A DNA stretch of 64,000 bases from Cyanidioschyzon merolae (taxonomy: Eukaryota), in NCBI GenBank assembly GCA_000091205.1, contig AP006502.2; one strand, given 5' to 3'. The notes below the pieces were generated by a model, which was not told where the DNA came from, searched no databases, and saw only the letters and a program-made list of their open reading frames with translations. How positions within the stretch are numbered: the stretch's first letter is position 1; every line of letters starts with the position of its first letter. Both the position numbers and the translations under genes were made by a program. Below, piece by piece: positions 53,379 to 64,000 of the stretch.

Positions 53379-54311
53379 TTACGTGGATAGAGAGGTGAGC
53401 GAGTCGAACCAACGGGCGACGCCGAACGCTGCTGCGGCAGCGCAGCCACCGACAGCTGCTGTTTCTATCGCCGACTTCCAACGACTCTGCCCCGTAAACC
53501 CAGCCTTCACCCAGCCAAAAAGGAGCAGCGCTAAAAACGTGAAAAGAATACTCCACATGAGAGCTTCCCGCGCATCGCTAATGAGCAGGTACGGAATCAG
53601 CGGAACAAGGCCCCCGAGCACATATGAGCCGCCTACTGTCAGTGCGCTGCGCCATGGGCGGTTGCGGTCGGGCTCGGAGAGCCCAAGCTCGAACTTCATC
53701 ATAAAGTCTACCCAATCACGCGGATGCTCCCGGAAGTGAGCGAGGACGGACTCGATAGCGCTTTCCGGAACACCAAAGGGGCGGAAAATTTCATAGATTT
53801 CTGCCTCTTCGGCCAAAGGTGTATGCTGAACCTCGCGCTCTTCACGTTCCCGTTCCGATTCAAAGGTTTGCACCTCGGAACGGCCGGCGAGCCAACCACC
53901 AAGACCCATGGAAATACCGCCCGCCACCAGTTCCGATAAAACTGCCAGAACGATGTAGCTTGACTTGGTGAACGCACCAGAGAGACCCGCTGCTAGCGCG
54001 AACGGTACCGTAAGCCCGTCTGCCGCCCCCAAAATCGCATCTTGCACAGCGCCTGACGAGTCACTGTGCTTCTCTTGATGACGTGCATGGTGAGCTTCGA
54101 GAATCAGTTGGCGAGCACGTGAACTATGCAGAACAGGGTGCTGATGACGCACGGAGCCTGTAGCAGCCAGCTGCGCTAACTCCGGAGCCCGCAAACCAGT
54201 CGTCTCACCAACAGCGCTATATGGGGCCGTGTCTGGGTTCCAGCAAGTACCATTTTCCACGTCACGCTGTGACTGCATGCCTGAACAACGTGCACGCCGC
54301 TGAAGAGACAA
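53379..54311 (-). CDS. Vacuolar iron transporter family protein (VIT1/CCC1)
   Basis: GAADGLTVPFALAAGLSGA, a central acidic cytosolic loop (ESEREREEREVQ), and C-terminal TM helices with GGSYVLGGLVPLIPYLL typical of VIT1. Confidence 0.7.
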   Translation of the reverse strand: MSLQRRARCSGMQSQRDVENGTCWNPDTAPYSAVGETTGLRAPELAQLAATGSVRHQHPVLHSSRARQLILEAHHARHQEKHSDSSGAVQDAILGAADGLTVPFALAAGLSGAFTKSSYIVLAVLSELVAGGISMGLGGWLAGRSEVQTFESEREREEREVQHTPLAEEAEIYEIFRPFGVPESAIESVLAHFREHPRDWVDFMMKFELGLSEPDRNRPWRSALTVGGSYVLGGLVPLIPYLLISDAREALMWSILFTFLALLLFGWVKAGFTGQSRWKSAIETAAVGGCAAAAAFGVARWFDSLTSLST

Positions 54312-57300
54312 GTAGCGGCCCTGTAACTAGTACGTTTGCAACGCTGGCTGCCGACGAGAGCGTCGCAACATCGTTCTGCTGTGAATCTTGGGAAGGGTGT
54401 GACGGGATGCGCCTTGCGCTTTGCTCGCCTTTCTTGTTGGTACTGAGCAAAAGGGTATTATCTTCTGGATTCAAGGAAGGTCGAGGAAAGATGTGATAAA
54501 TTCATTACGAACTTGCGAAAAACAGCCTTACTTGTACTTGCTGAACATTCTCCGATCAGCAAGTAGATGAGCGAGCCTTCTCGCTGCCCTCATCCTGAAA
54601 GTCATAAAGTAAAACAGAACTTACCAAACCCCTGCCTACGCAAATGCCTTCCCCTCTATGCATTCCACTCCGTATATGTGTTGATAACTAGAACTAAAAA
54701 GCTAAAGGATTTCAAGTTTCCGTACCGATGATACGAACGGTCATGAAGAGAACCGGGTGAATTACGAGATATGCACGCTTCTACGAAAGAATGCCACACA
54801 TTGATCAATACACCATCGAATACGTACAGAAATGCGCAAGTGTATTACAGGAGAGATCGATATCCGTGTCAATCGATACGGTTTTATCATGGGAAAATAC
54901 TAGTCTTGTATACAAGTGTTCAAAGAGGGGCAAATCGCCGTTCGTGAAGAGGATGCTCACGAATATGACGACAACATCATCCCTAGCTGCAGGCCGATTG
55001 CGTGGTGGACTAAAAAACGCTAATCGTTGAAAACCTCAACCTTCGTCGAAGCAGGCTTTGTGGCTTGTACTTTCCGTATGTTTTTGTCCTGCTCGAAAGA
55101 AACCTCGCTTTCCATCACTCAGGAGTAATTAAGGAGCACGCATCTGAGAATTGAGTTGAGCTGCACACGCTGCCAGCCTAAACGCACTGCTTCAATCCAT
55201 TCGAGAGCGTTTTTACCATGACCGAAGGCCACTTCTACGCGCACGTGTCAAGAGACGGATCGCTCGCATCTATGACCCTGTTCTTCGACAAATTGCTCTT
55301 TGAGAAGCCGTTCCCTATCTCCATCAGCCACGAACGGCTGCGTTGATCCTTTGCTCACACAGGGAAGCGAGCATTAAGGCGTGTTCCTGTCCGTTTGAGG
55401 GCTCGCGATCGAGAAAGCGATGGAAAGTTACTTAGAGAATCGCAAATACACTCAGAGAGAAGGCGAGTGTCGGTGCGAGCGTGCCCCGATGCATTAAAAT
55501 TCAGCGGGAAAAAACATGGAGTATAACGACCACATCTATGGCTCCTCGTAAAGTAGAGGAGACGGCGAAGAACGGGTAGGGCTTTGTGAGCAGGTACGAA
55601 GCATTTGAACAACTTCGCGAAAAGCTCTTTGTCGTCTGCACCAGCACCTCGATGCGCACCAGTTTTTCTACGTTGCAGAGGGAGCACCCCCGCACTGGCG
55701 GTACAGGTACGTTCGATGGAGAATATGAGCGGCGCCGAAGCAGAGGAGCTGATCGATGCAATTTGGTTCATGAAGTGAACTATGCTTGCTTTGGCCCGAA
55801 TATTCTATGGCACATATGAACTACAAGAGGAAAAGGTATGGATGGTAAAGAAAGACGCCAGGAGGAAGAGAGCTGCGGGACAGGAAGTTCTTCATACGGC
55901 GAGGATTCGTGTCGTCTTCGTTCGTGACCGACGGTGTGGACGTATCCATCGTCATGAACTGCTGCCGAAGGCCATGCTTAAGGACAACCTCAGAGCTGAA
56001 ACGCATTTCTGCTCAGAAGAGCAAGTACGCGGAAGAACCACTAGCAGTGGAGAAGCGTAATCTCACGAATTTGCTTCCGAAGCCCGTGTAACTCGGGCCG
56101 GAACCAGGAGAGCGAGACTCTACACCTGCACTTCCGTGAGATCCGAGGACGAGTGCGAGCGTTGTGTATCAACAGACGACGCTCTGGAGCCACAATTCGC
56201 AGAGCCTCCGAATCCCACATACAGCGGTTACTTCAGCTCACACACCTGCGGTTTCCATCACAGCGGAAGAAACGGGTAAGATAACTGTTCAATGCGCGAG
56301 CCAGTGAAGCAGAATGGAGTCGTACAAGTGCTGACCGTATTGCTGTGAATCGATGGAAGATGGGGATACGATGTCTACGAATGGTTACGGTACTTTGAAG
56401 TCCGTCACCCTTATTCGCAGTTCTTTTGTGAAGAGTGCCCAGAACACGGAGAGCGCGTTATCGAGCGGCATCATGTGCGCTCTCACGTGCAGCGGACGGA
56501 GTATTCGCCAAAGGTATCGCCCAGAGCACGCTCATTACCTTAGCGTAAAGCCCCGAGCGCCTAAGCTGAGAAGAGCATGGAGGAGTACCTTCTTTACTCA
56601 TCACGCATGTGTGCCGAGAGATGAAGCAAGTGTTCACACACCATGGGGCGGCGCCCAGACTAGGCGTCACTGCGGATGGATGGAAACAAGTGGCCATCGT
56701 AAAGGGTCATTGCGGCGGAGGGCGCACCGAGGCTGTATGAAAAGAAGATGCAACTGGCAAGCGAAGCGTAGACTGCAACTTCCGTCCTTGAACGTAGTGC
56801 GTCAACAATAGCTCAAGGTATCGAACTCGAGACTTGAACCCTGCCATCATCATTAACATCCTTCGTCTGCCGATGCCGGCGCTGGGGATGCAGCAGCAAC
56901 CAACATATTCTATCCCGGAGATCACAGGCAGGAAACGGAAGCATTCGCAGAAAGCGCCGGCAAAGGCCTGTGTTGGTGATGATATGGATAGAAAGAACGA
57001 ATGTTCACTGAGCGCGTCCGAGTCTGCTAGGAAGAGCGTTACATTTCACGCTAACATTGATCTAACGAGCCGTGCCGACGGTGCACAAGGCACACAAGCT
57101 GCACGATCAAGCGGTGTACGAGTGCAGCAATGACATTGCCCTGTCTTGCACAGACATCTTGTCACACGCATTCCTTGCATGAAACCTCTGTGAAGCGGCA
57201 TTTTATTTTAGATCTTTTACGCAGTCAAAGCGTTCTGACGGTGACGCTGCCTCAAAAGCGACCACTTGGCAATTCTGCACATCGTCGACCTCGCGCCAGA

Positions 57301-57758
57301 GCCAGGCGGTGCTCTAGTCCATTCTAAGCACGCTCTTGTGCGCTAAACATCCTCAGTGACACAAATATGCATCGCTTTCGACAGGTCCGTCGCTGTAGAG
57401 GCAAAGCGGTCATACCGCATTCACCTCAACTGGCATCGGAGGGCGCTGACCCAAATCGAGCCATGATGCCAGCGACTCGGAACTCCAACAATGCGGCACA
57501 TCATCTAGAGTTTGTAAGTTCGTACGCGTGCACAGGTCTGCTGTGCATGATCCGCTTCACTGAGCACATAAGGCTCCACAGGACCGCGCAAGCATAGCGC
57601 CGGCCGGGCCAGCTCCTCCTGCGAGACCAACAAGCTCTGCGCTTCAGTATGGCACACCATCATCGACAGCGAGTCGAGTGCTCTCGAGCTGGAGAGCTTC
57701 CCTTCCTCTTAACCAAGCTGCCATTCTTGTGCAGGCTATCTTCAGCGGCTTGTTGTCT

Positions 57759-58823
57759 TCAGCTCACGCGAATCGAGGTCGGATGTGCTGGTTCTTCCGC
57801 CTTCGCAGTTGTCGTCAGTCCGGCGCTTCGCGACGATCGCTCGCTACCAGCGATCATCTCAGAGCGCCTCACCATGGTGTACGCGAGGGAACCACCCAGC
57901 ACGATGAATATGCTGAGCAAGCCGAGAACCGTAATCGGATTTCGGTAGACGAGCAAGGCCAAGAAAGTCTGAGCGGCTGCTTTTGCCGTACACGAGACAT
58001 TGTGGGTGAGAGGGCTCGTCCATTTGATCTGCGCCGCCGCAGCAAAGCTGATGGCGATGCCCAGCATCCCACCTACACTCATAAGCGTCCAAAATAGAGG
58101 CGTTCTGGTCGTAGGGTTTTGAAAAATTTCCGATACCTCCCCGGTGAGCAGGATAAGCGGAACAAACAGCACAGTCGCATTCAGATTATTATACAGTGTC
58201 AGTTTCCATGGGTTATTATCGACATGCGCCAAGTTCTTTTTCACAAAAATTGAATTCAACGCAACGAAAAACGACGACGCTAGCCCGAACAGAACACCCA
58301 TGAGTGACCAGCGCACTTCCTGGTCGTTGCCGAGCACATACCCGAAAATCACCACGGCGAGGCAGACCATAGCTTCCAGGGACGTACGCTGGCCCAGAAT
58401 CAGAAAGTCAAGCAGCACGTTGAAAACTACCGTCAGTGACCTTGCAACCTGATAAAACGATACCTCGACGTACTTGAGGCATACATTGTTGGTAGCTGTC
58501 ATTGCGACAAATACTGCAGAGAGTGGAAGCATCTTCCATAAAACAGCACGTTGCACCTCGAAGCGAGGAACGCCACCAATACCCAGTACTCCCAGAACAT
58601 AGCACCCAACAACAGTGCAGAGACATTGGTACCAGGTCACGAAGAGTGGTGCGTCAACCCTGGTACCTGGTTGACTCAGCACGGCCTTATTCAGGAAGAC
58701 CATGGCGATGGAGATGATCCAGTACGACGCGACTGCTACCGCGATTCGAGTCGACTTGGTCGCCAAGTTCAACTTGTCATCTCCGTTGAAGATCGTTGCT
58801 TTGTCCATGGAGTTAGAAAGCAA
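57759..58823 (-). CDS. Nucleotide-sugar transporter, TPT/SLC35 family (GDP-fucose transporter-like)
   Basis: About 10 TM segments. MVFLNKAVL, VTWYQC and FYQVARSLTVVFNVLL resemble SLC35C/E transporters. Confidence 0.6.
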   Translation of the reverse strand: MLSNSMDKATIFNGDDKLNLATKSTRIAVAVASYWIISIAMVFLNKAVLSQPGTRVDAPLFVTWYQCLCTVVGCYVLGVLGIGGVPRFEVQRAVLWKMLPLSAVFVAMTATNNVCLKYVEVSFYQVARSLTVVFNVLLDFLILGQRTSLEAMVCLAVVIFGYVLGNDQEVRWSLMGVLFGLASSFFVALNSIFVKKNLAHVDNNPWKLTLYNNLNATVLFVPLILLTGEVSEIFQNPTTRTPLFWTLMSVGGMLGIAISFAAAAQIKWTSPLTHNVSCTAKAAAQTFLALLVYRNPITVLGLLSIFIVLGGSLAYTMVRRSEMIAGSERSSRSAGLTTTAKAEEPAHPTSIRVS

Positions 58824-61635
58824 CGAAAAACTAGCGTTCTAAGAACCCCGCTACGTTTTGTGAAACGAAGTACTGTGTGTAGCGCTGTGAACGCGCTCGC
58901 CAGCGTCCACGATGGGTGGACACGCGCGCTAGCAGCGGCCGCCGCGGCGATCGTGCTGCTGGTACAGTTGGCACTGGTAATGAAGCCTGACCTTGAAGGC
59001 GGGACTCGAGCGCATCTCAACGTCAATGCCAGCTTGGGTAGCGCATCGTAGGGGCATCGAGAGTAGTGTGCTGTCGAAACTGGGGCATTTGCTCTGTACC
59101 AACAGAAAGGTACTGGGAATCAGCGGTTTTCTCGATCGATTTAGCGGATGAAGATGCGTTTCATCGGGAAGGAAAAATGATTCTGCTGGAATAGATGGAA
59201 TACTTTGTCTGGTGTCCAGAGGAAATGTGTCGCTCGATTCCTCCGCTGAAAGAATGGACGACGAGTGCGTACCAGTGACCGAAGGAAAAGTTCCGGATAT
59301 CAAGTTGAAGCTGAAGTCTTTCCTCCGAGAGCGCTATCGCAAACGGATAAAGGCCTTCGTCTCGCGTATAAACTCATCCTGGGCTAGCGACTGGAAAAGG
59401 AAATCAACGCCCTTGCGAACCTCCGCATGCTAGGGATTCTCTCTGGAGACCCTTGACTCGGGTCACACGATCGTTTGTTTCCCTTGCTGCTATCACCGAA
59501 AAGACTTAGGTACAAGAAGGTCAAAGATTGGACGAGCGAAGAGGCCACAAACGCGCTCCCGTTCCCGGATAGGAACTTTTCTTTGCGCTCGCTGAATCGC
59601 CTCTACCGAGCGGAGCACCCGAGACCACGCCAGAGCCATTGGCTCGAGTCTCGTGTCGAGCCCAGGTGAACGCGATTGCCTCCGAGGCGGGCGAACGTAA
59701 GCACAAACCGGAATGCCGAAACATTGAGTGCCACCGAATGGGTATTTCTTTGGAATGACGCAGATGCCCGCAGAGCTTTCCATTTTGAGGGCGACCATAC
59801 AAACGCATCACATCAAGATGAATCTCGGGTGTCGTGCCGCCTGTTACATCCAGCTCATGCATGGAAACGCAACCAAGGGCGTCTCGAGAGAGACAGATAG
59901 AAACAGAGAGAAACACTTTCTCTGTGCCGCCGTCACTCGACCGTTCGAGGGTGTCGACGTTCTCGGCCCGCCAAGTGATATAGAACGGAAAGCGAAGATG
60001 AAACTGGCGGTCGAGATCGCCGAAGACTTGAAGAGACACATTGACTAGGGTTTGTCTCTGACTGAAGCATTGGTGCACGACGCGCTTGGCGCTTCCTCGA
60101 CCGCACAAACCTCTGGAAGAGGGTATAAACGCTTCGAATACTTGGCGAGAGCAGGATACAGAATGCAGAAGAGGCGAGCGCCACCCCAGGACGTTCTGTC
60201 TGCTGCCGACGAAGCGTGGCTTCACAACTTGTTACGTTCGTGTCAGTTACTTGGCCGTCATGGGCACTCTGCGACGCCACGGCGTTCTGAGAATGAAAGA
60301 AGTCGAAAGGAAATCGAGGCGGGAAATAAAGAGGAAGGTTTACCAGCAAAGCCTCCATATCGAAGCTGCCGAAGCAATGAACAGCCCAATAGGTTTCCGT
60401 TTTCTCTCGGATGGATACGATGTCAGTGTGCAACCGAGAGCATAGTCGAATATTTCGAGTCGAATGGGAAACGACGAAAGCCTCCTGTCTCTGAAACGCA
60501 ACCAAAAGCTCGTAGGCGTGGAGCCGGGTTTTCCGGACGCAGTCACCACTGCGGACTCGGGCGCCGGTTCAGAAACGCGTCATTTACACCAGCAGAAGAA
60601 AGGACTTCGAGGCGAGGATCGCGTACAGCGCGAGGAAAACGCTAAAAACAAGAATCAACAGACAGACATACGGACGGACGGACGACGTGACTGCTTGTCT
60701 CCGCATTTGCGAGATAACAGACTCGGAAGCTTCCGAAACTCGTCTGCGGCCGTATTTGAGCATTCTTCCGGAATGACTGCGAGACAGAGCTCGTTCTGGA
60801 TACCAGCGCCTGAGGTGCCATTCGTTCCACGTTCGACCAGAGGGCAATCCATGGATGTTCAGTCTCTTCTGGTACCGAGTGGCGAAGAGTCGGTCATCGA
60901 GCTCGGAGAGCGGGATGAGGGCGCCAAGCGTCCGATATCCCGTCATACGTCCAGTGCATGGGCAGCGATAACAAACAAGTCAACGGGAACGCCTGATGTG
61001 CGTATGGCGGACCTCTATGAATGCCGGACGTCGCTGCCGTGTTGGCGGTGCGCAAGTCGCCTCTCGAACACGAACGGAGCGACGACGTGGGTCATCACGA
61101 AGAATGAGTCGAGAGAAAGGAAAAGAAAGGAACTCGTACATGTCTCGGATTCACAGAGCACTGCACTGCAAGTGTGTCAGATGCGGGAGCAGCGCGGACT
61201 CTCCCAGCAGAGGTACCACATGGAACTGTGGCGACGACAACGCGTGCCACAACATCCTGGGGCTGCTGCAGGTCGGAATGCGAAGCAGTCGACAACCTGC
61301 ACCGTTTCGCCGCGCGATAAAAAATGAACATCCTGTGACTGAGGCAAAAAGCCGTGGCATCCTCGCAGACCAAAGCGTCTTGATGCGAAGTATGGGTTAC
61401 GTTACCTTGGATCTCGTATATAACGAGCATTATATTCTGATAAAGTCACGCGCGAGAAACTGACATGAAACGCCAATCCGACGATTTTTGCGTATGCATG
61501 TATGGCGCTTCCTGCCGCATTACGCGGCTGTTTGAAGACGGCAAACAGCACAACGCACAACGGACTCCGAAGACTGGTGTTTGATCAAGACCACTTATTC
61601 GTAGTTATGCGAGAAACGGTCTTTGACTCGAGAAA

Positions 61636-63483
61636 ATGCGCAAAGACGGTGTAGGAGACGCGAGGCAAGAGCACGCTCTGAAACGGCAGCGGTTGCTTGG
61701 TACACGGGCAAGTGAGCGCGAGATCGTCGAAAGTGATGTGCAGTTGGGCAACTCTTGTCTGGGCTTTTACCTCAACCAGATGGACGTCGTCGACGACGGG
61801 CGGAACGGTGCACATGCACCATACGTCGTGAGCCTCGCCGAGTTGTTCCAGGATGGGCGTCTGCTCCGGGGCTGCTCTTCAGGGACGTGCCCGGTGAGCC
61901 GCAGCGGGCCCTCGAGTGACGGTGCTGCTCCGCGGCGAGTCTCGCGGGAGCCGTTTCCGGGCATCACAGACGCACTGCTCGCAAACTTCGTCGCGGACTA
62001 TGACGCGAGCTTCTTCTTCGACCAGTGCCCGTCCCTGTACCAAACGACGGGACAGCTCGTATTGATCACCGGGGATGCACCGTCGCGGATAGCAGCGCTT
62101 CGAGGCTGGGTTCGGGATCACCTGCATGCCCTGGCTGAACGCACGCGAGTCCTAGGCGTATCGGGGCTGTTCAGCGGACGCGCTCCAAGTGCATGCGAAC
62201 AGGGTCCAGACTCGTTAAGTGCCCGCGTCGATGGCGCTGGTGGTGGTGGCGGCGGCGTCCATCACAGCAAGTTTATGATTCTACGCTTGCGAGACGATCG
62301 GGTTCGCCTCGTGATTCATACAAGTAACGACATCGCATACGACTGGTTTTTCAAATGTCAAGGAATATTTGCCGTGGATTTGCCGCTGCGCGGAGCTGGC
62401 AGCGCATCCCCGAACACCGGCTTTTGTGCGGATCTCCAGCAGTATTTGGGTGCGTATATCCGGGCCGGCGAACGGGCCCTGCACGGCGGCGTGACGAGCG
62501 CTCGACGTTTCGGGACGATGGTTGCCCCGGGAGATGCGGCGTCTCTCGTAGACGCTGTGTCGCATTTTCGTCGGCTCATGACGTGTTGCGATTACAGCGC
62601 TGTGGACGGAGTTCGTCTGGTATCATCGGTGCCCGGTTGGCATCGAATCTCGGGGCAGAGCAGAACGAGTCAAACGAGCCGGACCGCATCTCATGCTGTG
62701 TGTGCGTTCGGACATCTACGCTTAGCAAATCTGGTTGCTTCGAGCTTGCGCCATTGTACAGAGGCGGCCCGGCACCCGAATTCGCTCGCTTTCGTGTTGC
62801 AAGGCAGCTCGCTTTCGTCCGTGGATGCTCGTTGTCCAAGAGCCGCCTCGGAGACGCTTGCTCGTTACTGGCTTACATCGGAGCTCTTCCGATCGCTCTG
62901 TGGTGGTGATGGTGGTGGTGGTGGTGTTGGCGAGGAATCGGTGTTCGCGAAGCTTGCTGAGGGATCAGCTCAAGTGTATTTGGTATGGCCGACCAGAACT
63001 CAGGTCCTGACAAGCATCGTCGGCATCGACAGCGGCATGGGTTTGATTGCCCGCGCGCAAGCGTTTCTGGATCCAGAAATCCGTCAGCTACTGACTCGCT
63101 GGAATGCTGACTGGTGTGCGCGAACCAGTGTCATGCCGCACATGAAGACGATCAGTTGCTGGGACACTCGGACTGACCAATGTCTCTACTGCTACCTGGG
63201 CTCAGCGAATGTAACACCCGCTGCCTGGGGAATTACCCAGAAGCAGGGAAGTCTCCTGCGCTGCATGAACTGGGAGCTTGGTGTGCTGTTCACTAGCGGA
63301 TATCTGGCGACTCCCAAACTGTACAGAGAACTGCGACACTATGCAGACAGGTCGAATGAGCGAGAGCTCAACGAGCCGCGTTCTATTATCCTGCTCCCCC
63401 TGCCGTACACCCCAGGTGCTTGCGCCGGCGCTCGGTACCAGGAGCGTCTGGACCAACCCTGGTCCAGTGATGCCATGATCTGA
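61636..63483 (+). CDS. TDP1: Tyrosyl-DNA phosphodiesterase 1
   Basis: Two HKN motifs, VHHSKFMILRL...IHTSNDI and MPHMKTISCWD, plus SANVTPAAWG, characteristic of the PLD-superfamily TDP1. Confidence 0.8.
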   Translation: MRKDGVGDARQEHALKRQRLLGTRASEREIVESDVQLGNSCLGFYLNQMDVVDDGRNGAHAPYVVSLAELFQDGRLLRGCSSGTCPVSRSGPSSDGAAPRRVSREPFPGITDALLANFVADYDASFFFDQCPSLYQTTGQLVLITGDAPSRIAALRGWVRDHLHALAERTRVLGVSGLFSGRAPSACEQGPDSLSARVDGAGGGGGGVHHSKFMILRLRDDRVRLVIHTSNDIAYDWFFKCQGIFAVDLPLRGAGSASPNTGFCADLQQYLGAYIRAGERALHGGVTSARRFGTMVAPGDAASLVDAVSHFRRLMTCCDYSAVDGVRLVSSVPGWHRISGQSRTSQTSRTASHAVCAFGHLRLANLVASSLRHCTEAARHPNSLAFVLQGSSLSSVDARCPRAASETLARYWLTSELFRSLCGGDGGGGGVGEESVFAKLAEGSAQVYLVWPTRTQVLTSIVGIDSGMGLIARAQAFLDPEIRQLLTRWNADWCARTSVMPHMKTISCWDTRTDQCLYCYLGSANVTPAAWGITQKQGSLLRCMNWELGVLFTSGYLATPKLYRELRHYADRSNERELNEPRSIILLPLPYTPGACAGARYQERLDQPWSSDAMI

Positions 63484-64000
63484 TTCGAAATCGCTTGGTG
63501 GTGCTGTTCACGTCGCCAGCTGCGGCTCTGAATGCACCAACGCATATCATGATCTCCAGTGAGACATGTCGCCGCTCGACAAATAGACTCCAGGCGATCA
63601 GGCTTCGCAGTGGTCGATTTACGGCACTGCGCTTCTGTAGAGTGATAAGCGGCAAGTACTTCGTTTTCCAAGCACGTTCTACGTTTGCACGCTCAGACGA
63701 ATGGCCGGAACATCGGTATCATCGGACTGATCATGCATTGCATGCGCGAATGCACCTTGGACGAAACGTTCTACCTCCATGAAGCGACGTGCCGTGCCAG
63801 GATCCAGCGTGGCGAGTCGAAATGACAATGTCGGTGCATCAGCAACGATGACGCAACGCAGCAGCGGACGCGTTTCCGGTCCCGCTACCGGCGATAGTAA
63901 TCTTCCGCTAACGTGCACTCCAGCGCATACCGAAAGATTCCCAGGCTCATATCGCACACACGTGCTCGCTACTCGGATCGCTTCATCATACCTGATGGAT

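Noticed and set aside
1-64000. Giant-virus or prokaryotic origin of the contig, given the TnpB-like genes
   Set aside because: The flanking genes are standard eukaryotic nuclear housekeeping genes (NTF2, RPB8, NOL6, KDM5, TDP1, Pus7). They show eukaryotic targeting extensions and no operon structure.

Overview
Assessment: this is a GC-rich (~57-60%), gene-dense stretch of what looks like a nuclear genome from an intron-poor eukaryote; a protist or stramenopile-like lineage would be consistent, but the organism is not established. Most genes are single long ORFs, and no prokaryotic operon logic, rRNA, CRISPR array or confident tRNA was seen. Recognisable housekeeping genes include NTF2, RNA polymerase subunit RPB8, an organellar Twinkle primase-helicase, NOL6/Nrap (UTP22) and a long-chain acyl-CoA synthetase. 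The window also contains a prenyltransferase alpha-subunit-like repeat protein, a KDM5/JARID-type JmjC demethylase, an organellar family-A (Pol I-like) DNA polymerase with a 5'-3' exonuclease domain, a Pus7/TruD pseudouridine synthase and a laforin-like glucan phosphatase. Further genes are a VIT1/CCC1 iron transporter, an SLC35-type nucleotide-sugar transporter, TDP1, and two diverged paralogous Golgi-type (Sulfotransfer_2) sulfotransferases. The standout is a family of three copies of a ~2.4-2.6 kb mobile element. Copy A (1..2582, + strand) is cut by the window edge; copy B (21458..~24083, - strand) and copy C (29348..~31768, - strand) are complete in the window. Each copy carries a TnpB/Fanzor-like RuvC nuclease gene of 436 aa, with a GADPG RuvC-I motif and a C-terminal RDFNAAINI RuvC-III motif. 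The nuclease gene is intact in copies A and B and frameshifted in copy C. All three copies share a ~105-nt 3' tail that ends abruptly at the same position; it is a candidate omega-RNA scaffold, with the guide expected in the flanking DNA. The intact nuclease genes carry an internal 3x75-bp tandem duplication of the RuvC-I strand, lack an obvious canonical RuvC-II glutamate and have a degenerate zinc finger. Each element also has an upstream ORF1 region that is broken at an A-homopolymer. Each copy's right end sits 90-180 bp upstream of a same-orientation ORF. Other notable items are several coding tandem repeats (87-bp x4 in the glucan phosphatase, a poly-Thr tract in the polymerase) and a few microsatellites.
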